DNA of 64,000 nucleotides, from IMG/VR virus record IMGVR_UViG_3300044796_000401; one strand, 5' to 3'. The notes below the pieces were generated by a model that was not told the origin of the DNA, ran no database searches, and saw only the letters and a program-made list of their open reading frames with translations. Shown here piece by piece: positions 43,127 to 52,208 of the stretch; positions within the stretch are counted from its first letter, which is position 1; every line of letters begins with the position of its first letter. Source of the DNA: a virus. Its lineage: Duplodnaviria; Caudoviricetes. The position numbers were made by a program, and so were the translations under genes.

Positions 43127-46100
43127 TCACAGACTCGTCTGGACGACAAACGTCACGCTCGCATACAGAAGCGAGAAGATTGGCTTAAAAGTCACAGTGA
43201 CATCGACTTCGGTCGGGTCTTGCGGGTTCACGACAACGCTGAGGTTCTCGTACGCACTGACGATTTCGATGTTCACGAGCGATGTCAGGCGTGCGTTGCA
43301 GACCACCCGAATGTCCGTCACGAGGCTGTCCACCAGCTTGCGGCCTATGAACTGCTGCAAGTCGAGGCGGAACGCCTGCGCCACATAGTCGGTGATCGTC
43401 ACCGAAGTCGGCTCGCTGGTCAGGTCGTTCGACGGGTCGGTCGTCTTGTAGTGGCGAATCTGCAATGCGCCGTTGTTGTTGAGCAGCATGGTCAAGCCGT
43501 TGGCTGCCATGTTGTCCATCGTCGGGTCGTCGTAGGTGATGAGCAGGCGGCTGAACCCGACCAAGTTCTGGAGGGTAAGAGTCGTCGCCACGTCGTTCGA
43601 CGGGTTGCAGTTCAAGCCCGCCATGGCGGCTGCCATGAATGGACCGTCCACGGGGTATTCCATCGCCACGCCGGTCGTCCGGTCGGTGATGAGGATGCCC
43701 GCGGCTGCGTTGCCGATGGCGATCATGCGGCTGTTGCTCAAGCTGACGGCGTTTGCCGAAGCCTGCGCCGCGGTCGTGAATTGGGAGTAGCCCACGAAGC
43801 CGATCGCCTCGCCCTTGAAGCGCGGCCCGGCTTGGGTGATAAGCTGGCGGCTCAGCGCTTGGTGCACCGCGGGGTCGTTGCTCAGGGGCACGACCACGTT
43901 CACCTTGCGGTTGAGGCCCGGGATGTTCTTCGTGAGTTGCTGCAATGCGCCGATGAAGTCCGAGGAGGCGGCATAGTTCGTGCCGGGCTGCACCGGGACT
44001 TGGATAGCGCCGAAGGTCTGCACGCCGTTCAAGGACATCAACTGGATGCCGAGGGACAGGCGGTTGACCGTGCTGGGCTGCCCATACTGGGCGTAAGCGT
44101 CGGACGGGTTGGTGTAAATCTTCAGGGCGTAGTCCGCGGCGGTCTTGCTGGTCGTGAAGGTCACGTCGTAGAACGTGCCAATTGCCGGACCCTTGCCGGA
44201 ACCACGGAACGTGCTGATGACCACGGTGTCGCCCGCGGTCGAGTTGTAGTCCGAGACGACCTCGGTGGTCAGGCCGGGGATGGCTACCCAGTTGTTGAAC
44301 TGCGCCGGGAGCGTTCCCGGCGTGCCGCAGTAGCGGACGGCGGGAGAAACCCCGCCCACCGCGTCGGCGGCTACAGCGAACACCAGTATGTCGCCGGGCG
44401 TGAAGTTGTAGCTTGGTGAAATGGTTTGCCCGCCGTAGGCGGAAGAGGAAGCATCGGCCGGGTTGACGACCGTGATGCGGAATCCGGTCACAACGTCTTC
44501 ATAGGTCTGGTCAAGATAGCCGATGTTTGCGTTGCCCGCCGTGACGGAACCAGAGCCCTTGGCGTTGGTTGAGCTTACCGTGTAGCTGTGGGTGATGGGG
44601 GCGGTTGTTCCATTAACACCGCCCAAGAGGGGCGTGGCGGCTGTAGTGGCGGCTTGACCTGAGGTTGTACCGCTGGCTATGCAGGAGATTCGCCCGCCAT
44701 CAGTTGTTTCAGCCGAGGGGAACAAAGCCGCAATCTGTTGCAAGGTGAGGGGAGTGCTCGCCCAGTTGGCATAGATCGTGACGAGGTTACCGTTCACTGC
44801 GACAGGGATAGAATTCGTACTCAAGGCATCGATGGCGATCTGGACGCTATTGCCGAGAATACCCGGCGTAGCCGCCGTGAAGAGCAGGTGCCCAGCACCC
44901 GCATTAAAGTTCAACGTCAAAGTTGCTTGAGCCGGAGAAACGACGATTTGATTACCATCGTTATTGAACGTCAATGTGACAGTCTCATCGACTGCCGTGC
45001 CAGCTTGAGCCTGATAGTCCGGTCTGCCGTTCGGATAAACGACTCCCGTGGCCGCAAAGGCTGCGGAGAGCGCTACCGTGCCGCTCGTGAAAGTCACAAG
45101 CGGGGACACGCGGTTGAGTTCGTCTGCGATGATGAATGTGCCGTGCCCGCTGTAGCCGGAGGTCACGACCTGCACGGAGTATTCGTGGGTCTCAAGCGTG
45201 TTGCGATGGTACGATGCATACACGTTGTTCCCCAGAGCCGGAGGATTGTACAGAGTGACTTGCTGCGCCACAGAAGACAGTGATGCCACCTGCACCGCGC
45301 CAGCGAGAAACGCTTCAAGGGGATCAGAGCCGACATAGACCTGAATGTTCTTCGGATCGTCTGTTGGACGGCCAAAGCCATCTGTTGGCGTGTCGAGAAT
45401 TCCGAAGGCTGTAGCCCTGCTGCTGGCGACACCCGTCAGCGGACGAAGGAAAACCTGCTCGTCTACGAGGGATGTGGTCACTTCGGCCGGGGTGAAGTTT
45501 GCGTTCTCGCCAGCGGCGGATACGCCGATGGCCTCGCTGGCCGAATTGCCCCAGTTGATCGTGCCGTTGCCGTCCGCATCCACGCCGAGGGCAAAATCCA
45601 CGTTCTGGAGGTAATCGTTGCGGTTCGGGCCGAGTCCGACGCTCACGATGGAGGCGATGTTCGACGCCGGAAGCAGGTCGTATGTGTTCTGCCACGTGTT
45701 GTAGTAGTACGTGAAGGTCAGAGTTGAGCCGTATGCTACCGGGGATGCCAGGGTGACAAGACCGTACTGACCATTGACCGTGGAAACGGGTGCGGACAGC
45801 CCATCCACTTCCGCCGTGACGTTCGCGGGATTGATCGTGGTCACGCCGCCGTTCGTACCGTCAGTGATCGGGAAATTCTTGACTTGGAAGGTCGTGTTGC
45901 TGTTGTTGCCCTTGCCGCCCGCGAAAGGCAGAGCGGCTGTTGCGGACAATGTGGTCGATGCAACGCCCGTAATTGCATTAGGCGCTTGGAGGTATCCGCC
46001 GTCAAGCGTTGGAATGCTCGTGCTGTTGATCAAGGAGACCAAGCCCGTCAAAGTGCGAACTCCCGTGGGAGCATTCAAAGTGACGGGGCTGCTGATATTG

Positions 46101-46762
46101 ATCACGATGGCGTCCGTGCCCGCGCCGGAAACAGCCTGCGCGTCCGGCACAGCCAGACCGGCCACGAATTGAAGCGTCACAAGATTGCCCGACGCACCCG
46201 GAGTGCTGAGGCTCAATACGACCGAGCCGCTCGTGGGCGGCGACGCTTCCGTCGTCGGAACAGTCAAAGTTGCATACTGCGGAATCTGGAGATGCGCATC
46301 CTCGTTCGTGACGAGCGTGTCGCCGCGCTTGAAGTTGTAGGTGATCTCAAGCGTCCAGCCCTGCGGGATGATATCCTGCGTGGAGAAGACGCCCGTCAAG
46401 CCGACCAAGGAAACCACGGTGACAGGGAGCACGTTGCCGTCCGTATCGACGGCTTGGACCTGGACCTTGCTCGGGTCGTTGGTCACGACGCCCTTGCCCG
46501 TCCCGTCCGTCACCGGATGGTAGGTGGTCGTGAAGCTGTGGGTAAAGCCGCTGACCTGATTCGAGATATTCTCGTTCACCGCCTGGTCGTCCTGCACCGA
46601 GGAGGAGCCGCGGAACAGTTCGACGTTCGGGAAGCTGAAGAACTGCTGTCCCTCGCCGATGATCACCGGGACGCGCGCGGTCCCGATCGCGGCCGAGGCC
46701 AGCGGATTGAAGATTTCGGTTGTGTAGACGCCTGGAGGTGCGTAGCTTGTAAACAGTGCCAT
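43127..46762 (-). CDS. Tail sheath protein, enlarged (1211 aa)
   Basis: N-terminal YAPPGVYT and IIGEG; C-terminal PSNDVATTLT..L.GF, MAANG, IRH..T, DYV, FIGRKL and VDVTV.FKPIFSL.Y sheath motifs. Confidence 0.9.
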   Translation of the reverse strand: MALFTSYAPPGVYTTEIFNPLASAAIGTARVPVIIGEGQQFFSFPNVELFRGSSSVQDDQAVNENISNQVSGFTHSFTTTYHPVTDGTGKGVVTNDPSKVQVQAVDTDGNVLPVTVVSLVGLTGVFSTQDIIPQGWTLEITYNFKRGDTLVTNEDAHLQIPQYATLTVPTTEASPPTSGSVVLSLSTPGASGNLVTLQFVAGLAVPDAQAVSGAGTDAIVINISSPVTLNAPTGVRTLTGLVSLINSTSIPTLDGGYLQAPNAITGVASTTLSATAALPFAGGKGNNSNTTFQVKNFPITDGTNGGVTTINPANVTAEVDGLSAPVSTVNGQYGLVTLASPVAYGSTLTFTYYYNTWQNTYDLLPASNIASIVSVGLGPNRNDYLQNVDFALGVDADGNGTINWGNSASEAIGVSAAGENANFTPAEVTTSLVDEQVFLRPLTGVASSRATAFGILDTPTDGFGRPTDDPKNIQVYVGSDPLEAFLAGAVQVASLSSVAQQVTLYNPPALGNNVYASYHRNTLETHEYSVQVVTSGYSGHGTFIIADELNRVSPLVTFTSGTVALSAAFAATGVVYPNGRPDYQAQAGTAVDETVTLTFNNDGNQIVVSPAQATLTLNFNAGAGHLLFTAATPGILGNSVQIAIDALSTNSIPVAVNGNLVTIYANWASTPLTLQQIAALFPSAETTDGGRISCIASGTTSGQAATTAATPLLGGVNGTTAPITHSYTVSSTNAKGSGSVTAGNANIGYLDQTYEDVVTGFRITVVNPADASSSAYGGQTISPSYNFTPGDILVFAVAADAVGGVSPAVRYCGTPGTLPAQFNNWVAIPGLTTEVVSDYNSTAGDTVVISTFRGSGKGPAIGTFYDVTFTTSKTAADYALKIYTNPSDAYAQYGQPSTVNRLSLGIQLMSLNGVQTFGAIQVPVQPGTNYAASSDFIGALQQLTKNIPGLNRKVNVVVPLSNDPAVHQALSRQLITQAGPRFKGEAIGFVGYSQFTTAAQASANAVSLSNSRMIAIGNAAAGILITDRTTGVAMEYPVDGPFMAAAMAGLNCNPSNDVATTLTLQNLVGFSRLLITYDDPTMDNMAANGLTMLLNNNGALQIRHYKTTDPSNDLTSEPTSVTITDYVAQAFRLDLQQFIGRKLVDSLVTDIRVVCNARLTSLVNIEIVSAYENLSVVVNPQDPTEVDVTVTFKPIFSLLYASVTFVVQTSL

Positions 46763-46821
46763 GGGTTTTCCTCTTAAAAATGGACTTCATCTAGGGGCAT
46801 AAAAGTCCGAATTTTCTAGTG

Positions 46822-47178
46822 TTAATCTTCCTTTGGCTCGGGAGTTTGGACCGAAACGAGCTTTTTGTCGGTCGCCACGTACTCGCCTATGCCGACCGCC
46901 GTAAGGCCTGTTTTGCCGCTCTCCCGTCGAATCTTGTCCCGCTGAGCCTTCCGTTCAATGACCTTTTCCCACCGAACCTCGGCATCCTTGCCGATCGCCA
47001 CGTCTATCGTCTTGTGGTCCATGCTGGCGGTCAGGACGCCCGGAGCGACCAGGAAGGCATAGAAAGAGTCCTCCCCGCACCTCGGGCACGGCAGGCTTTC
47101 CGGCAAGGGCTTGTGGATGGACTGGCGGAACTCCTGGACCACGCCGCAGCTATCGCATTTGTAGTCGTAAGTCGGAAT
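46822..47178 (-). CDS. FmdB-like zinc-ribbon protein with probable ATT start
   Basis: (I)PTYDYKCDSCG...CPRCG. AGGGAG lies 6 nt before ATT 47178, and there is no ATG/GTG/TTG between the upstream in-frame TAA and the first CxxC. Confidence 0.7.
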   Translation of the reverse strand: MPTYDYKCDSCGVVQEFRQSIHKPLPESLPCPRCGEDSFYAFLVAPGVLTASMDHKTIDVAIGKDAEVRWEKVIERKAQRDKIRRESGKTGLTAVGIGEYVATDKKLVSVQTPEPKED

Positions 47179-47214
47179 GATTGGCTCCCTGTATTTGGGG
47201 CGGAAAGTCGTATT

Positions 47215-47826
47215 TTAGGGGAGGAATTTAACAACTGGGGGTGGTACGTCAAACGGACGATTTAACTGTTTAGCTCGGCCTTTAGCACCGATCCACTTTC
47301 TAAACTCTGGGGTATACTTCTTTCTTTCGAGGCTTTTTTTACGAATCAACTCTCGGGTTTCGACCGATTGTTCTTTCCCTAACATGCCAAAATGACCGGG
47401 AACACGACCCAAGTTTTTATTCCGGCACCTTTTACAGATGCCGCGAACTCCCGTCTTGCGCCTATGATCCCGCTGAAACTCTTTTATGGAGGTGTAGGCT
47501 TTATGTGTTGAACACCAAGCCATTCCTTCAGGCGCTATAACATTGTGGTTCCTACGTTGGTGCTGAATGTTGCATCTCTTATGTGAAAACCCTATGTTAT
47601 CCATACTCCAAAACAATCCAGCCGAAACTCCACGCCACGGCTGTTTATGGTCGAGACTTGCATCTTCCGCTCTTTCGATCTTTTTACCGCATCGAATGCA
47701 GCTATCTAACCCTGCTAGACAGATTAGATGAAATCTAACCTTTTGTTTCAGTTGGGATTCAGCGTTCTTTGGAAGGCCCACCACGGCATAAACCTGTTTT
47801 CTACGATCCCAGTTCCACTTGTCCAT
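47215..47826 (-). CDS. HNH endonuclease with zinc-ribbon and NUMOD3-like tail
   Basis: CIRCG, SLDHKQPW, NIGFSHKRCN, WCSTH...CKRC and SVETR motifs. Confidence 0.75.
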   Translation of the reverse strand: MDKWNWDRRKQVYAVVGLPKNAESQLKQKVRFHLICLAGLDSCIRCGKKIERAEDASLDHKQPWRGVSAGLFWSMDNIGFSHKRCNIQHQRRNHNVIAPEGMAWCSTHKAYTSIKEFQRDHRRKTGVRGICKRCRNKNLGRVPGHFGMLGKEQSVETRELIRKKSLERKKYTPEFRKWIGAKGRAKQLNRPFDVPPPVVKFLP

Positions 47827-47843
47827 GGTTCTTAATACTGACT

Positions 47844-49739
47844 TTAACGATAATTAGGAATAAATTGAGCAGCACCTAATGCTTTTAATCGTGACGCCAT
47901 CTGTAATTTTCCCTGGAAGCCGGGGTTCGACGGGGTATTGGTGATCTCGTACCGCACGAGGCGGGTGATCAGTGGCACGTACACCTTCCAGTCGGCGGAC
48001 GCCGTGACGCCCACCGTGTAGATGTAGCTCGGGGCGGTGGCGCTCGGGTCGCGTGCCGCGCCTTGGAAATCGCGGGTGGCCTCGAAGACCGTCAATCCGT
48101 CCGCCTCGCAGTTCTCCCGCCCGAGGATCAGAAGCTGCTGCTTGAGCATCTCGCTCAGGTCGGAGGAGGTCTGGAGGTCGTTGGACTTGACCTCCAGCGT
48201 GAAACTGATGTTCTCCTTGGAGCCGAATACCTCGTAAGTCTCCGTCAGCGTTGGGCTTACTACAATGGCCGCCTGGTCCCCGACGATGACTTGGTCCCCG
48301 ACGGCCAAAACGAGCCCCGGCAGGAAGTACCGCTGCTGCCCGTTGGCGAGCAGGGGGCTGCCCGCGGAGACCTGAACCGATGCTGGCTGGGGCTCCCCCT
48401 GTGCGGCCGGGGGCTGCTTGAACTGGATTGTGTTGGGATCGACGACAATCAGGCTGTTGAGTTCCCATTTCTTGGCGCTGGCTTTGACTTGAGGAGTTTC
48501 GATCCGGACTTCCCAATGGCAGTATTCCCCCGGCTGGAGAAGCTGGGACAGGATGATGGTCCCGTCGGACTCCGCCGTCAGGCCGGTAAAATCCCCCGCC
48601 GTCGTGTGGATGAAGGCTTGGCCGGGAGCCAATATCTCGTCCGGCTGGAGCCCAATCCGGAGGATGTTCTCGGGGTTGGTACCCGATGTCACCATGGGGT
48701 TGAGCTTCGTCACAGCGTTGCAGTACAGGACGGAACCGCTGGGCGACCATGCGGCAAGCTGGATGAAATTGCTGCCGTACATCGTGTAGTCGAGGTTCGG
48801 GCGCAGCACGTAGCCGTCCTGGTCCGTAATGGTGAACCCGAGATTCGCCGGGATGCTGACCAGTTCGGAACCGCCGAGGGTCTTCTGGCAAATCGTCACG
48901 GTCTGCTGGCGCTCGTACCAATAGTCCGCGAGGGGTACGAGGGTTTGCCCGGCAAGGGGGTTTGGAATGTCGGGGGACAATGCCGCATAGGGAATCCAGA
49001 CCGTATCCGGCCCCGGCAACTGCCCGACGTTTGAAATAGCCGCTTTCCATACGGTGGCGGCATAGGTCACCGTGGCACCGGTCGCATAGGTGATGTCGGG
49101 ATTCCAAACGGGGGCGAACAAGCTGTTCGTCCATGTGCAAACAAGCTTGTTGACCGGGGTGAGCAGGTTGGCAAACGCGCCGTTTGTCTGGTTGAATCCC
49201 GCAAACTGCACCGGATTTCCCGTTTCCAAATCGGACATGGAAAGCAGCGTCACATCGATGCCAGGACGGAAGAACACCTGCGAGCCCGCGGCGTTCACGA
49301 TCTTTCCTTCTTCCCACCTGAAGTACTGGCAGGTGAGCCCGATATCGTTGGTCTGCTCGTTGAAGTAATCGACGTTCAAGTAGTACACGCCAGCGGCGGG
49401 CGTCCGGCGGGTCTTGTCGGTCTCGCGCACCCATTCGACAAGCTGGCCGGGCTTGTCCCGCACCTTCGCCAGGATGGCGCGCCCCTGCTGCGTACAGAGA
49501 AAATAGTCAAAGGAGAGACGCGTGCCTGCGGTTGTTACGTTTCTAATTATGACTTGCGTGTCGTTCCATTTTATGTGCGTGTTCGAGGGAAACGTCACGG
49601 TCCCGAGCGTGTTCTTGAACCGGGGATTTTTTTCTACAATATCCCTCACGATTCTAATGATATACGCAACGAGATTTGCCCCAGTCAAGTCTAAAATGTT
49701 AGTACCAAAGGATTTACTCCTTCGCCTCCCCTTGTCCAT
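47844..49739 (-). CDS. Tail-completion/terminator-like structural protein with inserted CBM5/12-like module
   Basis: PVWNPDITYATGATVTYAATVWKA...PG...W is a chitin-binding-like module; C-terminal FTLEV..DL..S..L..M tail-terminator-like fold; immediately upstream of the sheath. Start uncertain (possibly TTG ~49688). Confidence 0.55.
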   Translation of the reverse strand: MDKGRRRSKSFGTNILDLTGANLVAYIIRIVRDIVEKNPRFKNTLGTVTFPSNTHIKWNDTQVIIRNVTTAGTRLSFDYFLCTQQGRAILAKVRDKPGQLVEWVRETDKTRRTPAAGVYYLNVDYFNEQTNDIGLTCQYFRWEEGKIVNAAGSQVFFRPGIDVTLLSMSDLETGNPVQFAGFNQTNGAFANLLTPVNKLVCTWTNSLFAPVWNPDITYATGATVTYAATVWKAAISNVGQLPGPDTVWIPYAALSPDIPNPLAGQTLVPLADYWYERQQTVTICQKTLGGSELVSIPANLGFTITDQDGYVLRPNLDYTMYGSNFIQLAAWSPSGSVLYCNAVTKLNPMVTSGTNPENILRIGLQPDEILAPGQAFIHTTAGDFTGLTAESDGTIILSQLLQPGEYCHWEVRIETPQVKASAKKWELNSLIVVDPNTIQFKQPPAAQGEPQPASVQVSAGSPLLANGQQRYFLPGLVLAVGDQVIVGDQAAIVVSPTLTETYEVFGSKENISFTLEVKSNDLQTSSDLSEMLKQQLLILGRENCEADGLTVFEATRDFQGAARDPSATAPSYIYTVGVTASADWKVYVPLITRLVRYEITNTPSNPGFQGKLQMASRLKALGAAQFIPNYR

Positions 49740-50428
49740 CCTTTATGACTGTTTCGCCCACCGTGGAAAACTGAACTCATGTGGGATGCGGATAACCCAC
49801 GTCCCGCACAAAACCCTTTCAGATTTGTAATTGAAACTGTTTTGCCTTCAGGCGACCGCAATACGAAAGTTCTGGAGTTGGCCGCTTGAATTTTTCGACG
49901 AGTGGAGTCTGACAGATGCTTCCCAAAATTGGAATGGTCTTCTCCCCGCGCTCCCATCCGCTGACGTGATGCTAACGTATGTTTCTTGCCGAAGAAATGG
50001 TTATCTGCCCCCTGTGTATGCTCAGAAATTGCCTGCTTCGCTTCCTCAGATTGGTGCTTGCCGAACATCGGGTGCTTTATCCCGATTCGTGCCCGCATCA
50101 ACGCCTTCTGCTTTTCCGATTGATGGAATCCAAAATTGCTCTCACCGCCTAGCGTCAAGTTATAGCCCCGAGAAAGGTCGTTCGATTGATGCTCAGCAAT
50201 TGCTTGCATTTCTAGGGAATTTAATTCTTCATTGGTTGAAGCGGTTGCGAGCAACTCAATTTTGAAGGCTGCCGCCCCATATTTGCGAATAGCAGCGCTT
50301 AAGACTGGGCATCCTTTTCCCGTCTTTGCCATATACTTGTGGACAGTCCACCGACGACCGAGTGTCGTCACAGTTCTCCCGATATAAACCTTGCCGTTGA
50401 CCCGATTTGTGATCTTGTAGACGACCAT
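49691..50428 (-). CDS. GIY-YIG homing endonuclease with NUMOD3 repeats
   Basis: VVYKITNRVNGKVYIGRT, GYNLTLGG and HPMFGKHQSEE motifs. Confidence 0.9.
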   Translation of the reverse strand: MVVYKITNRVNGKVYIGRTVTTLGRRWTVHKYMAKTGKGCPVLSAAIRKYGAAAFKIELLATASTNEELNSLEMQAIAEHQSNDLSRGYNLTLGGESNFGFHQSEKQKALMRARIGIKHPMFGKHQSEEAKQAISEHTQGADNHFFGKKHTLASRQRMGARGEDHSNFGKHLSDSTRRKIQAANSRTFVLRSPEGKTVSITNLKGFCAGRGLSASHMSSVFHGGRNSHKGWTRGGEGVNPLVLTF

Positions 50429-50448
50429 TCCAAGCCCCTAATACTGCT

Positions 50449-50775
50449 TCAGATAGGCGATTTAACGCCATCGAGCAAATGCCTGATCGTCGCCGTGGAG
50501 TACGAATAATCGTTGTTGTGAAGGAAGGCCCGGAAGTCGAATTCGAAGGTCGGGTCCGAGGGCTTGTGCCCGTCTTCGAGGAAGAACTCCATGGTGTCCT
50601 TGGCGAACTGCATCTCCTCGGGATCGTCTGGCTGATCGTTTAAGTCCGTGTAATCGTGGGTTTCCAGCCATTCAAGAACGTCGGGATGCTGCGGGACTCC
50701 TCGTTCCCCGTCTTTGTCACCGAGGACGCTTTCCATCCATCTATCGAACGCATCGATGGGCTGATCGAGGCGCAT
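50449..50775 (-). CDS. Hypothetical acidic protein
   Basis: TAATG coupling at 50775. Confidence 0.6.
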   Translation of the reverse strand: MRLDQPIDAFDRWMESVLGDKDGERGVPQHPDVLEWLETHDYTDLNDQPDDPEEMQFAKDTMEFFLEDGHKPSDPTFEFDFRAFLHNNDYSYSTATIRHLLDGVKSPI

Positions 50776-51299
50776 TACCATCCACTGGGCACGTCCAAAG
50801 AGTGTCCTGCTTCGCCCTTGCTGAGTTCGTCCGGGCGGCCGTAGTTGGTCGGGCCATCCGTGATCTTGACGAGCAGAGCGCCATAGTCAACGCCCGGCGG
50901 AGGAGCGGGAACGTACTGCTGGATGGGTTCGATCCACTGCTCGATGGAGCGGCGAATGTCGTTTATGCCGACGCGCCCGCCGAGGCGCGGGTACCAGCGG
51001 TTCTCAATCTGAAGATACCCCTGCCACGGGTAGTCAAGAATGTTCCATTGGCTGCCGTCGCGGGCTTGGAAAGCAGCGCCGGGGATCATATAGGCGAAGA
51101 AAATCTCGTCACCCTGGAGCGGAGAAAGGGGATTGGGAAGCTGCATATTGCCGGGGTTGGGTTCGAATTGCACGAATGTTGAAATTCTTGAATCCGAGGC
51201 ATCTCCTACGAGTTTTTGTAGGTCTGGGTTGATGTTCACTTCGTCGGACTCATCCAGCACACGGGCCGTCTTTGCTAGGGTTTCAGCGTCAAATGCCAT
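50775..51299 (-). CDS. Hypothetical, probably structural protein with N-terminal KTA
   Basis: MAFDAETLAKTARV...; GAGAGG SD and promoter-like motif upstream. Confidence 0.65.
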   Translation of the reverse strand: MAFDAETLAKTARVLDESDEVNINPDLQKLVGDASDSRISTFVQFEPNPGNMQLPNPLSPLQGDEIFFAYMIPGAAFQARDGSQWNILDYPWQGYLQIENRWYPRLGGRVGINDIRRSIEQWIEPIQQYVPAPPPGVDYGALLVKITDGPTNYGRPDELSKGEAGHSLDVPSGW

Positions 51300-51341
51300 G
51301 AGGGTACCTCTCTTAAAAGGTTGCGGTAGACGCCTTTTTGG

Positions 51342-52171
51342 CTATATGTCCGAGCTTATGCACAGCTTGCAAGCTGAGTTACGGATTCCCCGGTTAGTGT
51401 GCCAACGGGTGTGAAGGCTTTTAGCGTGGCCTTCTGGTGTTTTTATTCTAGCTAAATGCCCACTTTCAACGTTTTTGCGCCCCTGAACTTTACCGCCTAA
51501 TGACCGCAACTGCGCCATACGTCCACTCTCAACCGCCTTACGCCCAGCCAATGCAGCGATCTTCGCCAGATGTCCACTCTCGACGTTTTTGCGCCCACCG
51601 ATCCTTCCGCCCTTTGCACAAGATTCCTTTGTACGAATACGGTAAATTTGCCCACTCTCAACCGCTTTGTCTCCCAACTTTTTGGCCCATCCGCTTTCGA
51701 CATTTTGCGACCGACTATCGGACCCCCTTTACGTCCGCCTCTAGCAGCAGCGCCCAGAGCAAAGATGCCCGTGCCGTTCTTTTTATTCTCAAGCCCGTAA
51801 AAACTAGAGACCTCAGCCTGATGCGCCCCGCCCCTTTCATAAACCTCGGCGTATAGCGGCAACTCGTCAACGGAAACTTGCGAAGCGTACTTCCTGAACT
51901 TGGTCATGAAGAAAAACACCCGCTGGAACGACTCGCATTGCGGGGCGCAAACCGCAAGCCAATAGTGCGCCCTGAAGTGATCAGCGGGCGAGACACGGAT
52001 TATGTTGTCGAAGTTCTTAGCGTACTCAGGGAACTCTTTCTTGGGAAGGATGCGATGTTTGTTGCCGTGTTTCGATGTGGGCAAAGACTCGACGAAGGCG
52101 AAGTACGGCGCAAAGTCCGTATCAGGGACTTTTTCAACCAAAGCCTTGCGCGATGTGTCGGAAATCAGCAT
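51342..52171 (-). pseudogene. HNH-type endonuclease with a -1 frameshift into G[RK]K[NA]VESG repeats
   Basis: ORF 52171-51497 (HRILP..EFPEY..DHFRAHYWL) continues in the frame of ORF 51677-51342. One extra A in the run at 51703-51706 restores GRK-NVESGWAKKLGDKAVESG. Confidence 0.7.
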
Positions 52172-52208
52172 CTACATTATATACTGAAAGTCCAATAGTT
52201 TCTTTGAT

